Below are positions 1-7,663 of a stretch of DNA of 24,083 nucleotides, in pieces. The stretch comes from a virus (taxonomy: Duplodnaviria; Caudoviricetes). The number at the start of each line of letters is the position of its first letter. Within the stretch, counting starts at the first letter, position 1. The notes below the pieces were generated by a model. The model was not told the origin of the DNA. It did no database searches and worked only from the letters and a program-made list of their open reading frames with translations. Position numbers and translations under genes: made by a program. Location: IMG/VR virus record IMGVR_UViG_3300027808_000167, positions 1-24,083 of that record. The stretch is one strand, 5' to 3'.

Positions 1-2
1 CT

Positions 3-971
3 TTATGCACACCAGCGGCGTGCTATTAATTTAATCTTCAAGGGGGAGGTCTCAATCGCCGATATCACACTTTGTAGCGTAGCAACTCGCCCAAAGTGTT
101 GTACCGCTTCATTTGCATCTTTGATACCTTCTGGCCATTCTGGAAAGCTAACATTCCACCCCAACTCGGCTGCTTGCATTGCTAATTGTAAGCCAGCTTT
201 ATCTCTGTCCGGTAGTACAACTGGTTCGTTATCAATGTCTTCGATAATCTTTGCTTGTTCGGGGCTAATGCTGTTGGTCATAATAGCAACGCCATCTAAA
301 CTTAGCGCATCATATTCGCCTTCTAGTACCAGTGTATATTTTCTTGCTTGACTTTGCCGATCTAAGTTGAACACAAAGCTGGCCGGGCGGCTGGCAATAA
401 TCTTGGCAACGCCCTTAGGAGCTTCGCCGATCCAACGTGCATTGTATCCCACCAACTTACCATCATCAAAGAACGGTAGTATAGCACGATTGTTCATGCC
501 CTGCACACTACTTGGGCTTGACAGCCAGTCGGTCAGTTCAAGCACTTGGCGACTATCTAAGTACTCGGCTGCTTCAATTGTGATGTCTTGAATTTCCCAA
601 GGAAACTCAATTTCTGGCCAATTGGGTTTTTTAAAAGGTTCGTGTACTGTGTTATCATCGTCATCAACTACTTGATCCCACAGTTGGATCTTAAGGCGCT
701 GAATTTCTCCTTCATCAACTCCAATGGCTCGCATGAACTTGATTAGCTTAATGCCTAGCCGTTGTCCCGGTCTCCAACCTGTAGTGTAGCCGCAGTTAAA
801 GCAATGGTAGCCTACACGGTCTTGTTCGAACTTGATGCCACCACGATGTTTAGTATCTGGACGTAATTGTCCATTTTGAGTACACACTGGGCAGTTCATA
901 GTTAACCAGCCGTTGGTGTTGCGCTTTAACGCAGGTAGGTGGGCTTGTAATGTAGATTCAACTATGCTCAT
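3..971 (-). CDS. DNA primase (T4 gp61/DnaG-like; Zn-binding domain plus TOPRIM)
   Basis: N-terminal CPVC...HCFNC zinc-binding motif; TOPRIM motifs VLEGEYD, PDRDKAG and KDANE. Confidence 0.88.
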   Translation of the reverse strand: MSIVESTLQAHLPALKRNTNGWLTMNCPVCTQNGQLRPDTKHRGGIKFEQDRVGYHCFNCGYTTGWRPGQRLGIKLIKFMRAIGVDEGEIQRLKIQLWDQVVDDDDNTVHEPFKKPNWPEIEFPWEIQDITIEAAEYLDSRQVLELTDWLSSPSSVQGMNNRAILPFFDDGKLVGYNARWIGEAPKGVAKIIASRPASFVFNLDRQSQARKYTLVLEGEYDALSLDGVAIMTNSISPEQAKIIEDIDNEPVVLPDRDKAGLQLAMQAAELGWNVSFPEWPEGIKDANEAVQHFGRVATLQSVISAIETSPLKIKLIARRWCA

Positions 972-979
972 ATAGAGCT

Positions 980-1008
980 AGTTTACACTCTTATTAGGAC
1001 TTTGTCAA
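980..1008 (-). promoter_or_regulatory. sigma70-type promoter for primase
   Basis: TTGACA-17 bp-TAAACT, 8 nt before the ATG at 971; the -10 box contains the stop codon of the upstream gene. Confidence 0.65.
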
Positions 1009-1780
1009 GGGTTCCGGCGTTCGAAAGGCTGTCTTGCTTTACGATACGCAACCAACGAACACCAGCGTAGAAGTTGTATGGGTCAATGCCAGTGTAGCCA
1101 TTCAAATCCATATTATGAGTTTCGTAGTCTTGTGGCTTCAGATTGCCCCACAGTGTGGCTCCGGTCACTGTTTCGTCTAGTGTTCCTTGTACAATTACTC
1201 GGCCAGTCCAATTGCTGCCGTATAATGCCACTGTGAAAAGACTTGTATCTTTTCTAAAGAACTGTGGTCCATTAAATGCACTAGATACTAATAGGCCGTC
1301 AGTGTCTGTCCAAGTTGTAACTTCTTGCGTTACTCTGCTGGTTGGTACAACTGCATCCTTAACTTCAACATCAAATGCACCTTGCTGGGCACGGTTCCAA
1401 GTCAGTGCAGTTTCTAAGCCATTGCTATCAATAAAGGTAGCACCTAACGAATAAATTCCAACTGGAAGTGTCATCAAATCACGAGCAAAAACAGTTACAC
1501 GAGCTTGTCCGTTTTCTTCTACTGTGGCCATTGCTCTACGTCTAAAAATAGTAGTGCCAGTAGTTCTATCCCACATTGTAACTGTTAGCTCACGGCGTAA
1601 TAAGCTAACAGGGCGGCGATCTGTGCCAGTGATGGTAAGATCTAAGATATTGTCAACCCCTTTAAACCATACAATACGTTGGTCGGTGTAGCTTGGTGCG
1701 TGACGTGTTGCACTTGGGCCTGTGCCGGCGCCAGAGTAGTTTAATGTTGCTGTTGGAATACTTGAGTTTAATGTGGCCAT
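983..1780 (-). CDS. Probable virion structural protein, beta-rich, with an Ig-like (BppU N-terminal-like) domain
   Basis: 265-aa Thr/Val/Gly-rich ORF with pattern LDLTITGTDRRPVSL...GQARVTV...LPVGIYSLGATF; preceded by the late-type motif CTAAATA. Confidence 0.55.
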   Translation of the reverse strand: MATLNSSIPTATLNYSGAGTGPSATRHAPSYTDQRIVWFKGVDNILDLTITGTDRRPVSLLRRELTVTMWDRTTGTTIFRRRAMATVEENGQARVTVFARDLMTLPVGIYSLGATFIDSNGLETALTWNRAQQGAFDVEVKDAVVPTSRVTQEVTTWTDTDGLLVSSAFNGPQFFRKDTSLFTVALYGSNWTGRVIVQGTLDETVTGATLWGNLKPQDYETHNMDLNGYTGIDPYNFYAGVRWLRIVKQDSLSNAGTLDKVLIRV

Positions 1781-1785
1781 GCTCT

Positions 1786-1825
1786 TATTTAGCGATTAGC
1801 CCGGTGATTTTAAAAATGCTAAGTA
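1786..1825. promoter_or_regulatory. Back-to-back divergent late-type promoters
   Basis: CTAAATA on minus (1786-1792), 5 nt from ATG 1780; CTAAGTA on plus (1819-1825), 6 nt from ATG 1832; both resemble the T4 late TATAAATA box. Confidence 0.55.
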
Positions 1826-1831
1826 ATGCTG

Positions 1832-2206
1832 ATGGATAATAAAGTTAAAGAATTCCTAGAACGCTTCCCGTTTATGAGCTTGGCCAGTTACGGTGATAAA
1901 GAGTTAGTAGGTATCATTCAAAATAGTGACAATGTAGTTGTAACTATGTACGTCTACAACTTGCTAAAAGATGATGCTGATAAACTTGCATTTATTGAAC
2001 AAGGTGACGAATGGTGGTGGGGCAGTAATCGACTAATTCCTATCAACATTGTGCTTAAAGAACCTATGCGCCGCTTTACATACGCACTAAAAACTTACAG
2101 TGCCAAAGACTTTGAAGTATTGTACGGTCACCAAACTAGTTTAACCAATGTGATAACAAAACGTACCAAACGACGTCAAATTAGTTTGGTACGTAAGATG
2201 CGTTAA
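1832..2206 (+). CDS. Hypothetical protein (only credible plus-strand gene; start 1832 or 1826)
   Basis: ORF fills the gap between two minus-strand genes, has its own promoter motif, and shares the TTAA at 2203-2206 with the stop of the convergent DnaE-like gene. Confidence 0.75.
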   Translation: MDNKVKEFLERFPFMSLASYGDKELVGIIQNSDNVVVTMYVYNLLKDDADKLAFIEQGDEWWWGSNRLIPINIVLKEPMRRFTYALKTYSAKDFEVLYGHQTSLTNVITKRTKRRQISLVRKMR

Positions 2207-2784
2207 CCGTAGCTGATCTGTTCGCAAATCAAATTCATCTGCGCAACAATAGCAACTGCATAAGCCACTGCGTGAGCCTTCTTAAAGTAGTAGTCTCCAT
2301 TACTGGGCTTCGTCCAAACTTCCTTCAGTATCATAGTCCATGATTTCCCAATCAGATAACGTTTGGCCGGGCGTATCATAGCAAGGACGGCAGCTAATTG
2401 TTCCACGGAAGTAGGGCAAGTCTTCTTCAGAACATCCCCATGCCCGTTCAAATGAAATAACAGATTTGAAAAGTCTTCTTGCTGTAGTAGATCCCATAAT
2501 GGCTCCTGATTGGCTAGTTGATCTAAATGCTGTTTACTTTTAACACCTTGATATAGACTCACATTAAGCAAGTCTACTTTAAAGAATCCTAATTCTTCTG
2601 CTTGCTGGTAATCAATGTCGCACCATCCTGTAAACGGATTGCTGGGCACTGGATGAAAGTACACACCAGTCTTGTGCTTTTGCGTGTTGCCGTTAGGCAA
2701 CCGTTGCATTGCCGGGACGTGGGGCAGCAGTTTCAGTACTTGTTCACGATCTGCAAAGTCAATGTCTACGTCAGGTAAGTTCAT
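2203..2784 (-). CDS. dnaE: Minimal family-C DNA polymerase (DnaE/Pol III alpha) catalytic-core fragment
   Basis: Motifs in DnaE order: PDVDIDF, KHKTGV, GFFKVDLL, LFHL, LAAVLAMIRP, YFKKAHAVAYA; only 193 aa. Confidence 0.85.
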   Translation of the reverse strand: MNLPDVDIDFADREQVLKLLPHVPAMQRLPNGNTQKHKTGVYFHPVPSNPFTGWCDIDYQQAEELGFFKVDLLNVSLYQGVKSKQHLDQLANQEPLWDLLQQEDFSNLLFHLNGHGDVLKKTCPTSVEQLAAVLAMIRPAKRYLIGKSWTMILKEVWTKPSNGDYYFKKAHAVAYAVAIVAQMNLICEQISYG

Positions 2785-2987
2785 TTCTTCTTTAAATTTG
2801 TTTTGACTAAGTTTAATATATCTGCTTGTTGTTGTTTAATAGCCAACACTTCCTGAGTCATTTCAGCTAGCCGTGCTAACACAATTTCTAGTCGCGCTTC
2901 TAGTTTTGCGTAGCTAATGCCTGCGTCATCAGTGTGTTGATCCACACTACCTGGCTTTCGTTTTGTTTTATTTTGTTTATCCACCAT
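2781..2987 (-). CDS. Small coiled-coil hypothetical protein
   Basis: 68 aa with a heptad-like C-terminal half; its stop overlaps the dnaE start (ATGA); its 5' part overlaps the upstream ORF by 88 nt, so the start is uncertain. Confidence 0.55.
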   Translation of the reverse strand: MVDKQNKTKRKPGSVDQHTDDAGISYAKLEARLEIVLARLAEMTQEVLAIKQQQADILNLVKTNLKKK

Positions 2988-3592
2988 TTGGTATCCACAT
3001 GCTTGGTAATTGTATCAATTTGACCCGGTTCCATTCTATCTAATAATTGTTGCGCTGCTTCAGCTGAATAAATTATCCACGGACTAATTCGTCCCATAGT
3101 TATCATGTTCATTGCTGTTGCTGGCGCAACTTTACTGAAAAAGTCTTGCCAACTGTTGTTTGTTCGTGTACCCCAGTCAACCATTGCTAGGATAGTACGC
3201 TCTAATGCACGTTCTGAAGTTTCCTTCTTGGCAGCTTCTTGCACATACAGTTGGTAAGTACCGGGCTTGGTCCAGTCGCTTAATCGAACGCTCATTTTAA
3301 AAAGCCAGTTTGTAAACTTTTCGCTTTCTAAAGGACGTAGTTCAATTAAGTAGTTAGCAAATTTTATAAAGCCAATATAATCCGCACTCCTTATGAAATC
3401 GTCGGTTGTTTTTTCTTTCTTTGTATTAGGGCTTACATATTTCATGAAGTCCAACCATACGCTAAAAGCAATACGACTTTCAGGCTCGTCCTTGTTCATC
3501 CATCTGCGTTTGCGTTCACACATGTGGCTACTCAAAGTACGCTCACGTGTAAATGCCTTCCCGCAGAAGCGACATTGGTAATCCTGTATCAT
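2900..3592 (-). CDS. Zinc-finger (C2H2/C2HC-like) protein of unknown function
   Basis: N-terminal YQCRFCGKAFTRERTLSSHMC followed by a helical domain; TAATG coupling to the upstream gene. Confidence 0.75.
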   Translation of the reverse strand: MIQDYQCRFCGKAFTRERTLSSHMCERKRRWMNKDEPESRIAFSVWLDFMKYVSPNTKKEKTTDDFIRSADYIGFIKFANYLIELRPLESEKFTNWLFKMSVRLSDWTKPGTYQLYVQEAAKKETSERALERTILAMVDWGTRTNNSWQDFFSKVAPATAMNMITMGRISPWIIYSAEAAQQLLDRMEPGQIDTITKHVDTKWWINKIKQNESQVVWINTLMTQALATQN

Positions 3593-4083
3593 TATTTAAA
3601 CAAATCCTTAAGATCTTTATTACCCATGTTTTTGGAAACTGCAATATCTTCTAGTACATCATCACCATTAAGCGCACGGAACAGTTCAATCTCATCGTCG
3701 CCCATTGACGGAAACTGTTCAATCAACCAAGCTGTCAGCTTGTCTTTTTTGGCGCCTTTAGGGGGGATGAATTCGTGACGCATCTTGTGTCCAATGCCGC
3801 ACAATGCAAGAGTACGCCAACGCATCTCATCGTGGTTGCTACCTACTGCAATGTAATCCAGATTAGACAAGTCATTGACTGTGGTCAAGTAGTACTCTTG
3901 CAAGTCCTGTGTACCCTGTACTTGACTGCCCCAACGTTGCGCCATGTAAGTACTAAGCGACTTTAGCTCATCTGGTTCAAGTTTGCTGTAGTAGTCGCCT
4001 TTGCGTAGATCAACTGCTGCCATAACTTGATCAATAGGCAGTTGATACTTTGCGGTTGCTGGTGCTTTCTTTTTAGTAGCCAT
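3592..4083 (-). CDS. Possible clamp-loader small subunit (T4 gp62-like)
   Basis: 163 aa in a replication cluster; pattern YMAQRWGS...VNDLSN...RHEFIPPK...WLIEQFP..DEIELF is reminiscent of gp62-family proteins. Confidence 0.45.
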   Translation of the reverse strand: MATKKKAPATAKYQLPIDQVMAAVDLRKGDYYSKLEPDELKSLSTYMAQRWGSQVQGTQDLQEYYLTTVNDLSNLDYIAVGSNHDEMRWRTLALCGIGHKMRHEFIPPKGAKKDKLTAWLIEQFPSMGDDEIELFRALNGDDVLEDIAVSKNMGNKDLKDLFK

Positions 4084-4089
4084 GCTAGT

Positions 4090-4118
4090 ATTTTAAAACC
4101 AAATTTTGTTTAAGTCAA
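4090..4118 (-). promoter_or_regulatory. sigma70-type promoter, leaderless arrangement
   Basis: TTGACT-17 bp-TAAAAT, 6 nt before ATG 4083; no SD; the -10 box begins with the upstream TAA stop. Confidence 0.7.
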
Positions 4119-4599
4119 GCACTTCTGGAATTTTATTTGTTTCTTTGACAAAGAACGCACACATCGGTTCATTGCCTTTTTCAAGAGGTACTGCTAACAA
4201 GTGTCCAAACTTTAGCTTGGGAACATACCACTTTACTTCTTGATAAATGTTGACTACTTCAACTCGTTGCCATTCTGGCTTGTATCCATTGATCGGGTTA
4301 AACACAAACGTACTAAATCCGCGATCGTTAATGCTCATTACATTGATAACTTCTGGCTCGCCATGATCTGCTTCCCCAATAACTAGCGACCAATCTAACG
4401 GTACCTTCACTTCTGTTTTACCAATACGCAACACTGCGGCTGGGCATGAGAAACTTTCAAGGAACACCAATGGTACAAAAATATAATCCACTTCGGCGGG
4501 GTTACTATAGTCGAGTACTCCATAACGCAGGTCTTCATCAATCTCTTCGGGTAGACGATCTAAGTCATACGACTTATTGTCGACTGTTAATATGTTCAT
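4093..4599 (-). CDS. Hypothetical beta-rich protein, possibly a degenerate stand-alone Hint fold
   Basis: 168 aa, ATGA-coupled to uvsW; segments resemble the spacing of intein blocks A, B and F but lack the catalytic residues. Confidence 0.6.
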   Translation of the reverse strand: MNILTVDNKSYDLDRLPEEIDEDLRYGVLDYSNPAEVDYIFVPLVFLESFSCPAAVLRIGKTEVKVPLDWSLVIGEADHGEPEVINVMSINDRGFSTFVFNPINGYKPEWQRVEVVNIYQEVKWYVPKLKFGHLLAVPLEKGNEPMCAFFVKETNKIPEVLDLNKIWF

Positions 4600-6053
4600 T
4601 TGTAAGTAACCTTTTCTGTTTGGTATGGGTAATTGGCGTCAGTGTAAAATTGTTTACGCTTTGTTAAGTGACGTTTGGCAAACTTGGCAGTGCTGGTAAT
4701 GTCCCAGATTTGCACAAAGTCTTTGTCTTGTGCTTTTCTTATCCCGCGGCCAATACTTTGAATAACTCGGACAAACGACTTCCCAGGTTCCACAAGTACC
4801 AGGTTAAAGATCCGAGGAATATTAATACCCACAGACGCCACGCCATATGTCGCAACGATAATTTTGTTATCGTTTGTGGTAATTTCGTCGTACTCATCTT
4901 TTCTATCCTTTGATTTCATTGCACCTGATACAAATACACTGTCAGGTAGTCTTTCTACCAGCATCTTGCCAGTAGCAATACGATCCACAAGTACTAGCGT
5001 GTTGCCAGCTAATCCAATAGCACTGATTGTAGCAGCCATATGGTCTAATCGTTTTTCATTTGACGTTAAGTAGGTCAATTCTTCTTGGTAGGTTTTGTAT
5101 TCAACCTTGTCATCAAACTGCAATACTTTAACGTGGCAATTAGATAACACACCCATGTCTTGAAGTTCGCTTGCTTGCAGTCTGTGTGTTACTTCACCTA
5201 GACTAGCGATAAGGCTAACGTATTCGTGTTCTTCTTTGGGAATAGTGCCTGTTAGTCCCCAACGAATTGGAATATTTGCAAACAACCCAGTCAGCATTGT
5301 ACGCAATACATCTGCCTTGGCCATGTGTACTTCGTCAATAATAACTGCAATTAAGTCATCAGTAACAGCATCAAGCCCAACTAGACTGGTACCTTCTTTG
5401 TTCTTCTTAATAAGACTGTTGATACTTTGCCATGTTGCAATAGTGTGTGTATGACCAAGATCCTTTTCGTCACCAAAGTATACACCAACATCCAATCCCA
5501 TGTTGACATAGTCAGCATGTGTTTGACGAACCAAGTCTTTGTTAGGCACAATAACAAGTGTGCGGCCAAACGGCTCACAGCATAGACTCATGGCTGCTGT
5601 CATTAGCGTTTTGCCAGCGCCTGTAGCAATCTCTTGTACGCCTTGTGGGTTGGCAAGATAACGATTGATACACTCTACTTGGTAGTCGCGGATCTTAATT
5701 GGTTGACCTTCTGCTGGGTGTCCTTTGGGCCAAAGGATATGACTAAACGTATCTTCGGTAACTTCAGTAAACTTGATGTTCCAGTTAGGTCGCTTGTCAT
5801 CAATTTCAATTTGCCAGCCTTCCTCGTCAAGGATAGGTAGCACTCTGTCTAGCAAGTTTAGATAAGTGGCACCTGCTGTTGTAAAGAAACCGATCTTGCC
5901 GTCCCACCTTCCTAATCGAAAAGCAGGTACGTGATATGCATGCGGTAGCATATACTTTAATTTGGTTTCGCATTTGCGACGAGTACTTGGATCAAGATCA
6001 TGGAACTTGATATTAACTTCGTCTTTAATTTCTAATCGTGTTATTCCAGGCAT
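4596..6053 (-). CDS. uvsW: UvsW-like SF2 DNA helicase
   Basis: Q-motif IRDYQ, Walker A ATGAGKT, DEVH, GLTGT, motif VI QSIGRGIRK; 485 aa. Confidence 0.92.
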   Translation of the reverse strand: MPGITRLEIKDEVNIKFHDLDPSTRRKCETKLKYMLPHAYHVPAFRLGRWDGKIGFFTTAGATYLNLLDRVLPILDEEGWQIEIDDKRPNWNIKFTEVTEDTFSHILWPKGHPAEGQPIKIRDYQVECINRYLANPQGVQEIATGAGKTLMTAAMSLCCEPFGRTLVIVPNKDLVRQTHADYVNMGLDVGVYFGDEKDLGHTHTIATWQSINSLIKKNKEGTSLVGLDAVTDDLIAVIIDEVHMAKADVLRTMLTGLFANIPIRWGLTGTIPKEEHEYVSLIASLGEVTHRLQASELQDMGVLSNCHVKVLQFDDKVEYKTYQEELTYLTSNEKRLDHMAATISAIGLAGNTLVLVDRIATGKMLVERLPDSVFVSGAMKSKDRKDEYDEITTNDNKIIVATYGVASVGINIPRIFNLVLVEPGKSFVRVIQSIGRGIRKAQDKDFVQIWDITSTAKFAKRHLTKRKQFYTDANYPYQTEKVTYK

Positions 6054-6058
6054 ATATT

Positions 6059-6087
6059 AGTATAACACTTTTGTAGGTTTATGTCTA
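6059..6087 (-). promoter_or_regulatory. sigma70-type promoter for uvsW (extended -10), leaderless arrangement
   Basis: TAGACA-17 bp-TATACT with TGn extension, 5 nt before ATG 6053; a late-type ATAAGTA also lies at 6101-6107. Confidence 0.65.
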
Positions 6088-6151
6088 TTCATTTGTAAAA
6101 TACTTATAGTAAAAACCATGGTTTTGAAAAAGCAATTTGTCCGTAATACAG

Positions 6152-6183
6152 AAAAAAAAGAACAGACTCCGAAGAGTCTGTTC
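6152..6183 (-). terminator. Rho-independent terminator after the RNA ligase
   Basis: GAACAGACTC-TTCG-GAGTCTGTTC (10-bp stem, C(UUCG)G tetraloop) followed by T8. Confidence 0.92.
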
Positions 6184-6184
6184 C

Positions 6185-6220
6185 ACCGACATCTATCCAC
6201 GCAAATAGTCAGCTGTCGGT
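6185..6220 (-). other. 3' UTR stem-loop just upstream of the terminator
   Basis: ACCGACA...TGTCGGT outer stem and CTATT/GATAG inner stem; carries TTTGCGTGGAT, complementary to the transcript sequence at 8738-8748. Confidence 0.55.
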
Positions 6221-6226
6221 AAACTA

Positions 6227-7267
6227 TTAACCTCCGTGTTTCAGAAGATACTTGTTAGAGATGGCCTTGAACGAAACAGGCTTTTCGTGGCACTTGAAGA
6301 CCAATCCTTCGCGTTCGCATCCAATCATGCCCATTACACTCTTGCCTTCAGCAAACTTCAACACTTGTTCCATATTGGTAATACCAAGTGTGTCAGTTAG
6401 ATTAGCTGAGTATGCAAGTACTGGACAGTGATTCAAACCTTGTTCGGCAACAAATGCCTTACGTTCAGCTGGAGTGAAGTAGCAGCCAGCATCAATATCG
6501 TAAATGTCGTACACAAGAAAGTCTTGATCACGCATTTGGTAAATGTTGCCTTGGACTCCGTTGCCAACAATTTCCCCTTGGATGGCAATGTTACGACCAA
6601 TACCAACCAACTTGGCAGGCAGGTTGTACTTGTTTGCGGCACGCCACAGTGAGTTGTCAAGATTTGGCTTAAGGTCGAGATTGCGTGAACACACTCCAAC
6701 TTCGCCGTCTCGGACATACACTGTCATTGACGAGCCTTCCAGCTTTTCGGTAACTTCCCAATGTGAGCCATCAACAAGCCATTCTGACAGTTCAAACTTC
6801 AAGTTTTGAATACGCTCTTGGTCAGTCTTTGGAATGAACGATGGGAACATACCCTTAACTTCTCCAGCCAACTCTGCAGGCACTGGTGCTTCGTACTTGA
6901 CAATACCAAGCGGCTCGGACACATCATTACCCACAATGTCAACTCCAGTAGTTGGTGGCAGTGAGTAGACCGTAGATAGTGGCAGTAACAGGCCCTGGCT
7001 CAGTTGGCCGCGTAGCTTCATCGTTCGCAGACGTTCGCCTTCGACACCTTCAAAAGTCTTTGCGTATTGTCCGGGCTTGGTCAGGAACGGAGCAATAGCT
7101 GTGGGGATGAACGAATCAATTTCGCAATACACTGCAAGATCACCTGCTGAGTATTCACCCTTCTTGACTACTACTGTCCAGCCGCCAACAATAGCACATT
7201 CGATTGCATCTGCACCTTCGATGGGTCGCAATACGTCAATCTTTCTAATAGTTGCCATCTTTCTCAT
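6227..7267 (-). CDS. ATP-dependent RNA ligase, DRB0094/Rnl5-like, with N-terminal OB-like domain
   Basis: N-terminal ATIRKI..LRPIEGADAIE...GW.VVV...YCEIDS...LRGQLSQGL; motif I TEKLEG, CSRN, IQGE, EGLVFK, FKAISNKYL; SD AAGGA. Confidence 0.9.
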   Translation of the reverse strand: MRKMATIRKIDVLRPIEGADAIECAIVGGWTVVVKKGEYSAGDLAVYCEIDSFIPTAIAPFLTKPGQYAKTFEGVEGERLRTMKLRGQLSQGLLLPLSTVYSLPPTTGVDIVGNDVSEPLGIVKYEAPVPAELAGEVKGMFPSFIPKTDQERIQNLKFELSEWLVDGSHWEVTEKLEGSSMTVYVRDGEVGVCSRNLDLKPNLDNSLWRAANKYNLPAKLVGIGRNIAIQGEIVGNGVQGNIYQMRDQDFLVYDIYDIDAGCYFTPAERKAFVAEQGLNHCPVLAYSANLTDTLGITNMEQVLKFAEGKSVMGMIGCEREGLVFKCHEKPVSFKAISNKYLLKHGG

Positions 7268-7276
7268 GATATATCC

Positions 7277-7615
7277 TTACACATTAAATAAATTTTGTGG
7301 CACTGGGCCAAACAACGAATACAAAGTTCTACTTGGGGTAGACGCAACTGCAAGTTTCATATTCTTCTTGGCTGCTTGTTTCTTATAATAGTCACGTGCA
7401 ATTCTATTGCGGGCGCATCCACGACTATTGTTACAGGCAAAGCATGCCGCTACCAAGTTAGAAGACGCTTCAATCTTTTTATGCCGGGGACTTGCCCACT
7501 TGTCAAGCAAATGCTCAACTGTTGCATGAAAGGGAGACTTCTTGCCGTTATTCATTTCGCAATTGCAGTAGTAACACTTGTTACCCTGCTTTTGGACTAA
7601 AGTAAAAAGAGTCAT
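7277..7615 (-). CDS. HNH endonuclease-family protein
   Basis: CYYC...ATVEH...NLVAACFACNNSRG; ATG at 7615 follows an AAGGA SD and is preferred over the TTG at 7630. Confidence 0.85.
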   Translation of the reverse strand: MTLFTLVQKQGNKCYYCNCEMNNGKKSPFHATVEHLLDKWASPRHKKIEASSNLVAACFACNNSRGCARNRIARDYYKKQAAKKNMKLAVASTPSRTLYSLFGPVPQNLFNV

Positions 7616-7628
7616 ATAGTTCCTTGAC

Positions 7629-7656
7629 AAACAGGACTTATTGACATTGCCTGTTT
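7629..7656 (-). other. Intergenic hairpin between ATPase and HNH genes
   Basis: AAACAGG-caatgtcaataagt-CCTGTTT inverted repeat just upstream of the HNH SD. Confidence 0.4.
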
Positions 7657-7663
7657 TGGTAAC

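Noticed and set aside
2203-2784. dnaE as a pseudogene remnant
   Set aside because: Catalytic residues are intact, the deletions preserve frame and motif order, and the gene is translationally coupled; no missing parts were seen in adjacent ORFs.
6054-6226. tRNA or known riboswitch in the larger intergenic gaps
   Set aside because: No cloverleaf, T-loop consensus or recognisable aptamer was seen; promoters and hairpins explain the gaps.
7277-7615. HNH as an intron-encoded homing endonuclease
   Set aside because: Both flanking genes are complete and unrelated, and the intergenic gaps (9 and 48 nt) are too short for a group I intron. A free-standing mobile origin is not excluded.
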